32,000 nt of DNA from Halogeometricum borinquense DSM 11551 (GCF_000172995.2 NC_014729.1:60001-92000), one strand, 5' to 3'; shown: positions 9,470 through 17,991, counted from the first letter of the stretch. Notes: generated by a model from the sequence alone, not told the origin. Made by a program: numbers and translations.

Positions 9470-10131
9470 TACTCGCCGTCACCGGCGGGAAGGGCGGCGT
9501 CGGTAAATCGACGCTCGCGTTCGAACTCGGTGCCGCGATGGACGCTGTCGTCGTTGACGCCGACCTCGGAATGGCAGACCTTCCGACTGGACCCGGACCG
9601 GATTTACACGACGTGCTCGCCGGCCGCGCAGATGCCGTCGAAGCCGTCCGTGAGGACGGCCCGGTGCGACTCCTCCCGTGCGGTCGGTCGCTCTCGGGTG
9701 CGCGCGCGGCGGACGTTCGCCGCTTGGGTGATTCCCTCCGCGCGGTCGAACGCGCCTACGGCGACGTGGTGGTAGACTGTCCGGCGGGCATGAAAGCCGA
9801 CGCGGGCGTTCCGCTCGCCGTCGCCGACGCCTGCGTCATCGTCGCTTCACCGCGACCGTACGCCCTCGCTGACGCCGTCCGAACGCGGGAACTGGCGCGG
9901 GAACTCGACGCCGGCCTCGTCGCCGTCGCGGTCAACCGCGCCGTCGAAGATCCGCCTGAAGCGGTGTTCGAGGAAGTCCTCGGCGCACCCGCCGTCACCG
10001 TCCCCGCGGACCCGCGCATGGCCCGCACCGTCGAGACGGGTCGGCCGGTCTGTCGCATCGCTCCATCCAGTCGCGCCGGACAAGCCATTTCGTCGCTGGC
10101 GCGAGCGGTCCAACGCTGTACACAGGTCTGA
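9466..10131 (+). CDS. minD: MinD/ParA-family P-loop ATPase (deviant Walker A)
   Basis: N-terminus MILAVTGGKGGVGKSTLAFELG carries the deviant Walker A xKGGxGK[ST] with the signature lysine. Walker B-like VVVDCPAG. Size of 221 aa is typical of archaeal MinD homologues. Confidence 0.9.
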   Translation: MILAVTGGKGGVGKSTLAFELGAAMDAVVVDADLGMADLPTGPGPDLHDVLAGRADAVEAVREDGPVRLLPCGRSLSGARAADVRRLGDSLRAVERAYGDVVVDCPAGMKADAGVPLAVADACVIVASPRPYALADAVRTRELARELDAGLVAVAVNRAVEDPPEAVFEEVLGAPAVTVPADPRMARTVETGRPVCRIAPSSRAGQAISSLARAVQRCTQV

Positions 10132-10243
10132 GGATTCTGCTTCTCACCAGTGTAGCGATGCCACTACGCATGCGATGACATCGAGAGAACTGTCTCGCTA
10201 ATCGATACCGTCGTGAGGATGAGCGCTGTCGTCGGGTTCGTCG

Positions 10244-10315
10244 TCAGTGATCCGTCGTCGTCAGTGATTCGTCGTCGTCAGTGATCCGTCGTCAGTGATC
10301 CGTCATCAGTCGTCG
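10244..10315. repeat. Tandem repeat, about 4.5 copies of TCAGTGATCCGTCG(TCG), unit 14-17 nt
   Basis: Read directly: 10244-10260, 10261-10277 (one T substitution), 10278-10291, 10292-10305, partial 10306-10315. Lies in the 228-nt spacer between the convergent minD-type and tfb genes. Confidence 0.85.
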
Positions 10316-10359
10316 ATTTATCCATGCAGCCGTTCGTCTACTCGTCTCAAATCGTCTGT

Positions 10360-11253
10360 TCACTCGTCGTCACGCAGCGCCACGTACGTCTTCCGGAGGG
10401 TAACGGGCGTCACGTCGGCCACGTCGGCCGCCTCGGTCTGCGTCACTTCGACGTCGAGGTCGCGTGCGGCGGTGTACAGACATCCGGCGGCGACACCGCT
10501 CGGATTGCGGCCGACGGAGAGACCCTGCTCTGCGGCTTCGGCGGCGTACTCGCGGGCGCGGCGTTCCACATCGCGCGAGAGGTCGAGGCGGCTAGCAAAG
10601 CGCGGGACGTACTCAACGGGGTCCACGGGTCCGACGGGCAGACCGAGGTCGCGGTTCAGCGCGTCGTACGCCGCAGACTGCTCCGCTTCGGTTGCCTTCG
10701 CCTCGGCGACGACTTCACCGACAGTTCGGGAGACGTTGGCGACGCGACAGGCGGCGTAGACGCACGCGGCGGCGAACCCTTCGAGCGACCGACCGCGAAG
10801 AAGGTCTTCGTTCTGCGCCGACTTGAACAGCGAACACGCGTGATCGCGGATGCGTTCGGGGAGCGACAGCGCGCTCGTGAGACGGCGAATCTCGGTGAAC
10901 GCGTACACCTGATTCCGCTCGCGCTTGGTGGAGATTCGCGCGCGGTTGTGCTGTTTGCGCATCCGGGCGAGGCGGCGGCGTTTTCGGCCTTTGACACGCG
11001 TCGAACGACCGATTTCAGTCGAAAGGCCGCGGTCGTGACGCGACTGGGTAAGCGGCGCACCCGTACGTTTGGGGTTCCGGTCGTCGTCCGCGAACGACCG
11101 CCATTCGGGCCCGTGGTCGATGGTATACTCCGAGACGACGAGTCCGCAGTCGCCGCAAACCGTCTCTTGGCCCTCAGCGTGCAGTCGGCCGTCGCACTCG
11201 GGGCAGGTGGTCGTCAGCGTTGCGTCGTCGGGGGAGCGTGCTTCACTCATCAC
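10360..11253 (-). CDS. tfb: Transcription initiation factor TFB (TFIIB homologue)
   Basis: N-terminal Zn ribbon CPECDG...CGDCG, B-reader/linker HGPEWRSF, and two cyclin-like repeats. The first codon in the track is GTG (11253); the adjacent ATG at 11250 is the likelier start. Confidence 0.95.
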   Translation of the reverse strand: MMSEARSPDDATLTTTCPECDGRLHAEGQETVCGDCGLVVSEYTIDHGPEWRSFADDDRNPKRTGAPLTQSRHDRGLSTEIGRSTRVKGRKRRRLARMRKQHNRARISTKRERNQVYAFTEIRRLTSALSLPERIRDHACSLFKSAQNEDLLRGRSLEGFAAACVYAACRVANVSRTVGEVVAEAKATEAEQSAAYDALNRDLGLPVGPVDPVEYVPRFASRLDLSRDVERRAREYAAEAAEQGLSVGRNPSGVAAGCLYTAARDLDVEVTQTEAADVADVTPVTLRKTYVALRDDE

Positions 11254-11277
11254 AATTGAAACTCGGTCCCGATAGAG

Positions 11278-11285
11278 TATTTAAA
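11278..11285 (-). promoter_or_regulatory. Candidate TATA box for tfb (TTTAAATA on the minus strand)
   Basis: A/T-rich octamer 28 nt upstream of the ATG at 11250, with spacing consistent with a leaderless transcript. Confidence 0.5.
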
Positions 11286-11413
11286 CACCGGAGAATTTGG
11301 GGTGTTTCCCCCGAAAACCGAGAGGGGAACGTACCGGTTACCGGTACGCTAAATTATCAAATCCGATTTTGATGTCGAAACGGTTTACTAGGCCGTTGAA
11401 ATAGAGGAACGCG

Positions 11414-11938
11414 ATGGGATTGGCGGACATCGCAGACGAGTTGGGGGTGACGACGACGACGCAGGAGGAACGCGGCGTTGCGACGGTTGACGATACGGAC
11501 GTGGACCTCGACGCGCGCCTCCGCGACCACGCGGACAAATTACCCTGCACGCCGGAAGCGGCAGCCACCGTTCTCGAACGCCACGCGGCCGGCGACAGTG
11601 TTGGGGACGCCGCGGAGGCGGCTATCGTCGCTCCAGTGACGGCCGCGAAAGTCCTCCACCGGGCGGGCATCGAGGGCGTCACCCCGCTCGCTCCGACGGC
11701 ACGACAAATCCTCCGCGATTGGCTCGCAGGCCAACTCTCACGCGCGGACGCGCTTGAACTCACTGGCGCGGACGACGCGGAGTTCGCCCTCGCGGCATAC
11801 ATCGAGACGCACGATCCGGTGCCAGAACTCGCCGACGCGACGCGACGAGATGCGGCGGCGTCGCTCGGCGGCGACGCACTCGTCAAAAAGCGCGAAGAAC
11901 TCGCGGATACGATGTCCGCCTCGACAGACCTCTTCTAG
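11414..11938 (+). CDS. Hypothetical protein (174 aa), acidic, Ala-rich
   Basis: GC3-rich ORF divergent from tfb. No motif I can name. Confidence 0.75.
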   Translation: MGLADIADELGVTTTTQEERGVATVDDTDVDLDARLRDHADKLPCTPEAAATVLERHAAGDSVGDAAEAAIVAPVTAAKVLHRAGIEGVTPLAPTARQILRDWLAGQLSRADALELTGADDAEFALAAYIETHDPVPELADATRRDAAASLGGDALVKKREELADTMSASTDLF

Positions 11939-11948
11939 CGTTCCGCGG

Positions 11949-12749
11949 TCACTTCACGTATCGTTCGACACCAGAGAGCAGTCCGCCACCTTCGAACGCC
12001 TCGCTGACGTCCCTCCCGACGGCCGCCGCCGTGAGTTCGACTATCGCCGTTGTGAACGCGGCATCATCGCCCAAACAGGACGGCACCGACTCGGGTTCGG
12101 TCGCGTCGGTCTCGGGAACGTCGCAGTCGGCACCCTCGAACGTCCCACGCGTCGAGACGACGAGTGTCGCCTCACTGCCAACGTGAGTGAGACGGGTTCG
12201 CATCTGCTGGACAGCATCGGCACCGCGTGTCGTTCCCGGTGCGACGACGATACTCTGATCCGCAACGTTCACCGCAGCGATTGCTTGATTCGAGGCGACT
12301 GGCGGCACATCCACCAGCACGTAGTCGAACCGATCGGCCGCCGCTGACAGTCGAGTCTCGAAGCGCTGGGCGGCGTCGGGCGTCTTTGCACGTGCGAACC
12401 GCTCGAACGGCGCAAATGCCGGGGAAACTGCAACTCGTCCGGCAGTCTCCACGTCGAGTGTCGTCAACCCTTCCGAAAGCGGTGCATCTGCCTCCTCGGT
12501 GAGAAGTGCAGTCAAATCAGGCTCGATCTGACCCGGAATGTGGGCCGCAAGTCCCTGCGTGGCGAACGCAGCGTCGAACACCCCCACGTCCGCGCCGTCG
12601 GCCGCGAGAGCCGTGGCAACCTCTAGTGTACACCGCGTCGTTCCTGCACCGCCTGTTGCGCCGACGAACGCGGCGATAGTGGTTTCTGTCGGTCGGGTTT
12701 CGCGTTCGTCTGTGACAGCCTCGTCATCCATACTTCGCGGTGGCCGCAT
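11949..12749 (-). CDS. ParA/MinD-fold protein with degenerate Walker A (predicted non-catalytic)
   Basis: IAAFVGATGGAGTTRCTLEVATALA aligns position by position with xGKGGVGKTT, but both lysines are replaced (A and G). Walker B-like FDYVLVDVPP is retained. The alternative start at ATG 12731 is 30 nt downstream of the centre of a TATA-like box, CGTTTTAGGT on the minus strand (plus-strand ACCTAAAACG, 12756-12765). Confidence 0.8.
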   Translation of the reverse strand: MRPPRSMDDEAVTDERETRPTETTIAAFVGATGGAGTTRCTLEVATALAADGADVGVFDAAFATQGLAAHIPGQIEPDLTALLTEEADAPLSEGLTTLDVETAGRVAVSPAFAPFERFARAKTPDAAQRFETRLSAAADRFDYVLVDVPPVASNQAIAAVNVADQSIVVAPGTTRGADAVQQMRTRLTHVGSEATLVVSTRGTFEGADCDVPETDATEPESVPSCLGDDAAFTTAIVELTAAAVGRDVSEAFEGGGLLSGVERYVK

Positions 12750-12866
12750 ACTCGAACCTAAAACGCCCGATATTCGTGAAATTATGTTTTCCTGACTACA
12801 CGAATACGTGCCTCAGACGGCCTGAAGACGCCAAAGACTTATGATCCATGGGTTAATTTACGGGAT

Positions 12867-15140
12867 ATGACAAGAGATGCAGAGACAGTCACTGTTCTCT
12901 GCGTTGACGACGAACCCGGGTCCGCTGATCTCACTGCGGCGTATCTCGAACGGCACGACGACCGGCTGACAGTCACCACTGCGACGAGTGTACAGGGAGG
13001 ACTCAATGCACTCACCGAAACCGATTTCGACTGTATCGTCAGCGACTACGACATGCCGGGATTGGATGGCTTGGCGTTCCTCGAAGCCGTTCGTGTTGAT
13101 CGGCCCAAGTTACCGTTCATTCTCTTTACTGGCAAGGGATCCGAAGCAGTCGCCAGCGAAGCGATTTCAGCAGGCGTCAGCGACTACGTACAGAAGGAGT
13201 CCGGAACTGACCAGTACCCGGCGCTCGCCCGTCGCATCCACAACGCAGTTGAGCGCTTTCGAGCCGACAAACACGCGGCAAAAGTCCAAGAAGAGGCCAA
13301 GTCGATCCTCGAAAACTCACCGGACGCCATCGTTGTAAGCGTCGGCGATGAGTTCGTCTTCGCCAACACATCCGCAGTTAGCCTGTTCGAGGCAGACGAT
13401 GCGGACGATCTCTTAGGACGGAACCTGCTATCGTTGATCCACAAACAGGATACGGAGGCCGTCAAGGCGGTGATTGCGCACGCTCAAGACGACGAGAAGG
13501 TTATTAGCCAAACACAGCGAACGATGAAAACGCTCGACGGGATGACGTTCTCCGCCGAGATGACCGTTCGCGCGATTACCTGGAATGGAGAATCCGGACA
13601 CGTCGCTATTCTGCGTGATGTCACCAATCAAGAAGAGCAAGACTACGAACGTGAGCGGTACGCTGCGGCGTTTTCGCGGGCGATGGACGCAATCATCGTC
13701 GCGGACGACGACGACGAGTTTATCGACGTGAATGGGAGCGCCGCGGAACTGTTCGGCCTTCCGCGGGAAGAGCTGCTGGGGAGAAATCTCTCTGAATTCA
13801 CACCGAACGGCAGCGAAATCGACGATATGTGGGCGGATTTTCAGTCTCTCGGGGAGAATCACGGCGTTCTATCGCTTATCCGACCGGATGGTGAGCGTCG
13901 AGTCGTCGAATACGCCGCGACGAGGGATGTCGTTCCGGGCGAACACCTCTCCGTACTACGAGACGTTACCGGCCGAACTCGACTAGAGAGGCAGCGACAG
14001 GCCGATCACGAGGCGTTAGAGCGGATGTACCGAATTACTGCTGACCGAGAGGCTGCCTTCGAAGAGAAAGTGTCGGCACTACTTGAACTCGGAGCCGACT
14101 ATCTCGACGTCCCGTACGGTTTTCTCACCCGCATTCAGGATGGAACGCAGACGATCATCGAATCGGTCGGCGATCACGAATTACTCCAACCGGGAGAGAC
14201 CGGACCGCTCTCGAAAGCGTACTGTCGAAAGACGGTTATCGAGGACGAACTCGTCTCCGTACAGAACTCCGAGGCAGAAGGATGGGAGGATGATCCGGCG
14301 TACGAGCGGTACGAGCTGGGTTGTTACATCGGCGCGAAAGTAATAGTAAATGAGGACCTGTTTGGGACGCTCTGCTTTGCGGGGACTGCCTCACGAAAAC
14401 AGGCATTCTCGCACGGTGAGGAGGCGTTCGTTGAGTTGCTAGCGCGGTGGGTATCGTACGAACAGGAACACCGACGAAACAACCGAGAACTACAGAGCCA
14501 GACCGAGCGCCTAGAGGAGTTCGCGTCGATGGTGACCCACGACCTCAGAAACCCGCTCTCGGTCGCGTCCGGGTATCTTGAACTCGCCCGGGAAGACGGC
14601 GACCCCGAGCAGTTCGACCGAATCGAAGATGCACTCAGCCGAATGGAGCGGATTATCGGTGATCTGCTGTACCTCGCCCGCGAGAACGAACAGATACGCG
14701 AGACCGAACCAGTCGAACTCGAATCGGCGGTCGAACGAGCGTGGCAGACGGTCGATGAGACCACCCACGAAGCCACACTCTCAGTCGATGGAGACATCGG
14801 AACGATAGAGGCCGACCAAAATCGACTGTGTCAACTCTTGGAGAACCTCTTTCGCAACGCGATCGACCACGTAGGGACCGACGTGCGTGTCCGCGTTGGG
14901 TCGTTGGACGACGGGTTTTACGTCGAAGACGACGGGCCTGGAATCCCCGAATCTGAGCGAGACAACGTCTTCGAGCAGGGGTACACAACTCGGAACGACG
15001 GGACCGGATTCGGTCTCTCAATCGTGACGGAGATCGTCGAAGGTCACGGCTGGTCGATTGCCGTCACTGAGGGCGAGTTGGGTGGTGCGCGGTTCGAGAT
15101 ATCCGACGTGCACTCGGATGAAAAGCCCGACGCCGCCTAA
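12867..15140 (+). CDS. Hybrid sensor histidine kinase: N-terminal receiver (REC), PAS-like repeats, GAF-like domain, HisKA, HATPase_c
   Basis: REC motifs VLCVDDEP, SDYDMPGLDG and FTGKG. H-box HDLRNPL, N-box LFRNAIDH, and G-boxes EDDGPGI and GTGFGLSIV. Confidence 0.92.
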   Translation: MTRDAETVTVLCVDDEPGSADLTAAYLERHDDRLTVTTATSVQGGLNALTETDFDCIVSDYDMPGLDGLAFLEAVRVDRPKLPFILFTGKGSEAVASEAISAGVSDYVQKESGTDQYPALARRIHNAVERFRADKHAAKVQEEAKSILENSPDAIVVSVGDEFVFANTSAVSLFEADDADDLLGRNLLSLIHKQDTEAVKAVIAHAQDDEKVISQTQRTMKTLDGMTFSAEMTVRAITWNGESGHVAILRDVTNQEEQDYERERYAAAFSRAMDAIIVADDDDEFIDVNGSAAELFGLPREELLGRNLSEFTPNGSEIDDMWADFQSLGENHGVLSLIRPDGERRVVEYAATRDVVPGEHLSVLRDVTGRTRLERQRQADHEALERMYRITADREAAFEEKVSALLELGADYLDVPYGFLTRIQDGTQTIIESVGDHELLQPGETGPLSKAYCRKTVIEDELVSVQNSEAEGWEDDPAYERYELGCYIGAKVIVNEDLFGTLCFAGTASRKQAFSHGEEAFVELLARWVSYEQEHRRNNRELQSQTERLEEFASMVTHDLRNPLSVASGYLELAREDGDPEQFDRIEDALSRMERIIGDLLYLARENEQIRETEPVELESAVERAWQTVDETTHEATLSVDGDIGTIEADQNRLCQLLENLFRNAIDHVGTDVRVRVGSLDDGFYVEDDGPGIPESERDNVFEQGYTTRNDGTGFGLSIVTEIVEGHGWSIAVTEGELGGARFEISDVHSDEKPDAA

Positions 15141-15625
15141 TCGCGCTGTGCGACGCCGAAGACTGCCAGCGCGCAGATCAGGCTGACGTGTCCGATAACC
15201 ACGAGTCTGAGGAGGATACCGTCGGGTGCATCGACGACCGGAATAGCAACGAACGCCCCCGCGCCGATGACGGCCAAGACAGCGGCGAGTCGTCGATCCC
15301 ACTTCGGGTCGTACTCCCAGTCTGCGAACTGCATTCCCCAGCCCTCGTCCGTGGGGCATCGTTGTCGCTTGATCCCGTCCGCTGTACGGACCGCACGGAA
15401 CCGAAGACGGACACGGACGATCATCCATCCGACTGTGCCACCACCGAGGAGGACCTTGAGTCCGGCACCCGCGGCGAGCATCCAGACGGCGGCGACGAGT
15501 ATCGGAATCAGGAAGGCGGCGGCACACTCAGCGGCGTCCACGCGAGGTGCCGAGACTGGCTCGTTCGACTCTTCCTCGACAGCACGGCTTGCGCACTCCT
15601 CAGACCTCGATTGCTCGAGAGTCAT
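15137..15625 (-). CDS. Hypothetical membrane protein (162 aa)
   Basis: Codon-by-codon reading shows GC3-rich codons (ctc, gtc, gcc) on the minus strand, with several hydrophobic helices. The start overlaps the upstream gene stop by 4 nt. Confidence 0.7.
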   Translation of the reverse strand: MTLEQSRSEECASRAVEEESNEPVSAPRVDAAECAAAFLIPILVAAVWMLAAGAGLKVLLGGGTVGWMIVRVRLRFRAVRTADGIKRQRCPTDEGWGMQFADWEYDPKWDRRLAAVLAVIGAGAFVAIPVVDAPDGILLRLVVIGHVSLICALAVFGVAQRD

Positions 15626-15987
15626 CGGTTATCCGGCTCAACTCGGAGGTACGAGGTTCCATGCCGGTAGTTGTACAGTTCGACGGCGACGCCGACGACG
15701 GCCAGTCCCGTGAGTGCTAAGATGAATACGTTCGGTCCCCAGATGATGGTTAGCAACCCGAACAACAACGCCGTGTAGACGGCTGACGCGAGATTGAAAA
15801 GCGGGTGTTCGCGCACGGCATCGAAGATACTCGCACCGAAGAAGATGGCGACGAGAACGGTCAGCGAGACGTATTCGACCGTGATCGCCCGGTCTGTAGT
15901 CACGACGAAGGCTGCGGCAATGACTCCGAGGACGACGAAGATAACCAGCCTGGGCAGACTGATGCGGTCCGCAACGGTGGAGGGCAC
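15622..15987 (-). CDS. Hypothetical membrane protein (121 aa, about 4 TM segments)
   Basis: Hydrophobic ORF translationally coupled to 15137..15625. No family recognised. Confidence 0.75.
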   Translation of the reverse strand: MPSTVADRISLPRLVIFVVLGVIAAAFVVTTDRAITVEYVSLTVLVAIFFGASIFDAVREHPLFNLASAVYTALLFGLLTIIWGPNVFILALTGLAVVGVAVELYNYRHGTSYLRVEPDNR

Positions 15988-16073
15988 GGTACTCGGAAGT
16001 TGATCATCGCCCTAAATATGTATTCTGGTAGAGATTATTTTCGGCGGGACGCAGGTACCGAACTGGTTCGCGC

Positions 16074-16493
16074 TTACGTTTCGATTCGCTCTGCGATGTC
16101 GTCTAACTCCTCGTCTGAGAGGTCAGGCCGACTGCCTGCAACAGCGTGGATGGGGCCGCCGCCGTCGCCGTCGAATCGCGGGACGAGATGAACGTGGACG
16201 TGCGGAACTTCCTGTCCGGCCGCCTCACCGTCGTTGACGCCGACAGTAAGCGCATCAGCGTCCACGGCGTCCTCGACGCGCGGAGTGAGTTCGTCCACGG
16301 CGGCCCACAGGTCGGTGGCAACGTCGTCCGGCAGGTCACGGAGTCGTTCGTGCGCCTCTTTCGGGACGACCAGCGTGTGGCCGGGCGCGAGAGGGTTCGC
16401 ATCGAGGAATGCGAGGACTGTGTCTGTCTCGTAGACGATGCGCGCTGGAATGTCTCCGGCGGCGATCTGCTCGAAGATGGTGGGTTCGCCCAT
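16074..16493 (-). CDS. hit: HIT-family (histidine triad) nucleotide hydrolase/transferase
   Basis: MGEPTIFEQIAAGDIPARIVYE... with the histidine triad HVHVHLVPR. I chose the internal ATG at 16493 because the longer ORF (to 16679) would overlap the tyrS start and adds an Arg-rich, non-halophilic extension. Confidence 0.9.
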   Translation of the reverse strand: MGEPTIFEQIAAGDIPARIVYETDTVLAFLDANPLAPGHTLVVPKEAHERLRDLPDDVATDLWAAVDELTPRVEDAVDADALTVGVNDGEAAGQEVPHVHVHLVPRFDGDGGGPIHAVAGSRPDLSDEELDDIAERIET

Positions 16494-16632
16494 GTCCGAT
16501 TCGTCGGGTGGATTCGGCAAGTAGGTTCGGGTCGTGCGGACTGCCCACAACCTGCTGGACGGTTGTCGTCGCTGCCGGAACGGTACCGGGGCGTTCCAGA
16601 AGTAATATCCGCTCGCCCGGATACGAACACGT

Positions 16633-17628
16633 ATGGACGCGTACGACCTGATCACCCGGAACGCCGCCGAGGTGGTCACGGAGGACGAGGCACGTTCGTT
16701 GGCCGACGACCCTGACGGAAAGCGAGCCTACGTCGGCTACGAACCCTCCGGCGTCCTCCACATCGGCCACATGCTGACGGCCAACAAACTCATCGAGTTA
16801 CAGGAGGCCGGATTCGAAGTCGTCGTTCTCCTCGCCGACGTTCACGCCTACCTCAACGACAAGGGGACGTTCGACGAGATACAGGAGACGGCGACACGGA
16901 TGCAAGAGCAGTTCGTCGCGTACGGACTGGAAGAAGACCAGACGGAGTTCGTCCTCGGGTCGGAGTTCCAACTCGACGACGACTACACACTCGACCTCCA
17001 CGCGCTCGAACTCGAAACGTCGCTCTCGCGTGCCGAGCGCGCCATGGCGGAGATCAAAAGCGGCGACACCGTCACCGTCGCCCAAGCCGTCTACCCCCTG
17101 ATGCAGGCGCTCGACATCGTCTACCTCGACGTCGATCTCGCAATCGGTGGGATGGAGCAACGGAAAGTCCACATGCTCGCCCGCGACACCCTCCCGAGCA
17201 TCGACGCGGACGCGCCGACCTGCCTGCACACGCCGCTCATCTCTGACCTCTCGACGGGCGTCGGCAAGATGTCCTCGTCGTCGGGCGTCTCCATCTCGAT
17301 GGAAGATTCCGAGGAGGAACTCCGCGAGAAGGTGAACAAGGCGTTCTGTCCGCCGTCACGCGATCCCGACCCAGACGACGACGGCAACGAACGCGACAAC
17401 CCCGTGCTACAGATCTTCGAGTACCACGTCTTCCCCCGGTTCGGAGAAGTCGTAGTCGAACGGCCCGAACAGTACGGCGGAAATCTGACCTACGACGACT
17501 ACGAGTCGCTGGCCGAAGATCTCGACGCCGGCGAACTCCACCCCGCGGATGCCAAAGGCGCACTCGCAAACTATCTGAACGAGCTCGTCGCGCCCGGCCG
17601 CGAGAAGATTCAACAGCAGCGTTCCTAA
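16633..17628 (+). CDS. tyrS: Tyrosine--tRNA ligase (archaeal type)
   Basis: Class I motifs HIGH (GVLHIGHM) and KMSSS. Size of 331 aa and the overall pattern are typical of archaeal TyrRS. Confidence 0.95.
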   Translation: MDAYDLITRNAAEVVTEDEARSLADDPDGKRAYVGYEPSGVLHIGHMLTANKLIELQEAGFEVVVLLADVHAYLNDKGTFDEIQETATRMQEQFVAYGLEEDQTEFVLGSEFQLDDDYTLDLHALELETSLSRAERAMAEIKSGDTVTVAQAVYPLMQALDIVYLDVDLAIGGMEQRKVHMLARDTLPSIDADAPTCLHTPLISDLSTGVGKMSSSSGVSISMEDSEEELREKVNKAFCPPSRDPDPDDDGNERDNPVLQIFEYHVFPRFGEVVVERPEQYGGNLTYDDYESLAEDLDAGELHPADAKGALANYLNELVAPGREKIQQQRS

Positions 17629-17743
17629 CGCCGACCGCTTTTCAATCCCGATATCGGTTCGTCGTCTCCGGAGAGTTGCGACTGAGAGACTCGAAATATC
17701 GAGAAGCAGTATTTTTGTGGCTTCGAGAGTCGAGCGACGCCGA

Positions 17744-17947
17744 TCAGGCCATGCCGAACATGCCCATCACCGACTGGACGAGACCGGAGGCGACAAGACC
17801 GAGTCCGGCGACGACCAGTGCGATTCCGGCGGCGACGATGGGTTCTTGATAGGCGACGATGCCGATACCAGCAACGAGTAGAACGACACCAGCGATACCT
17901 TTCGTACCGAGTTTATCGAACATACCGCGGGTCACGGCGACAGTCAC
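17744..17947 (-). CDS. Small hydrophobic protein (67 aa, 2 TM)
   Basis: Gly/Ala/Val-rich double-TM ORF with a GTG start (an internal ATG is possible). Short, so lower confidence. Confidence 0.6.
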   Translation of the reverse strand: MTVAVTRGMFDKLGTKGIAGVVLLVAGIGIVAYQEPIVAAGIALVVAGLGLVASGLVQSVMGMFGMA

Positions 17948-17984
17948 CTAAGCGTACCGCTCTGCAGAAGAAACCGAACAGCGG

Positions 17985-17991
17985 TTTTAAA
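17985..17991 (+). promoter_or_regulatory. Candidate TATA box (TTTTAAA) for the aIF-1A gene
   Basis: 25 nt upstream of the ATG at 18016. The element is nearly symmetrical and also faces the divergent small membrane gene. Confidence 0.5.

Noticed and set aside
10244-10315. Possible CRISPR array
   Set aside because: The units are only 14-17 nt and directly abut each other with no spacers. There are no cas genes in the window.
15137-15140. 4-nt overlap of the convergent stop codons of the kinase gene and the 162-aa membrane gene (CTAA)
   Set aside because: Trivial consequence of compact gene packing, with no evidence of functional significance.
16494-16679. Upstream extension of the HIT ORF (also 20967..21065 for the thermosome and 17818..18015 for aIF-1A)
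   Set aside because: The extensions are basic and non-homologous, and they cover the promoter region or the start of a divergent gene. Internal ATGs give the canonical family N-termini.
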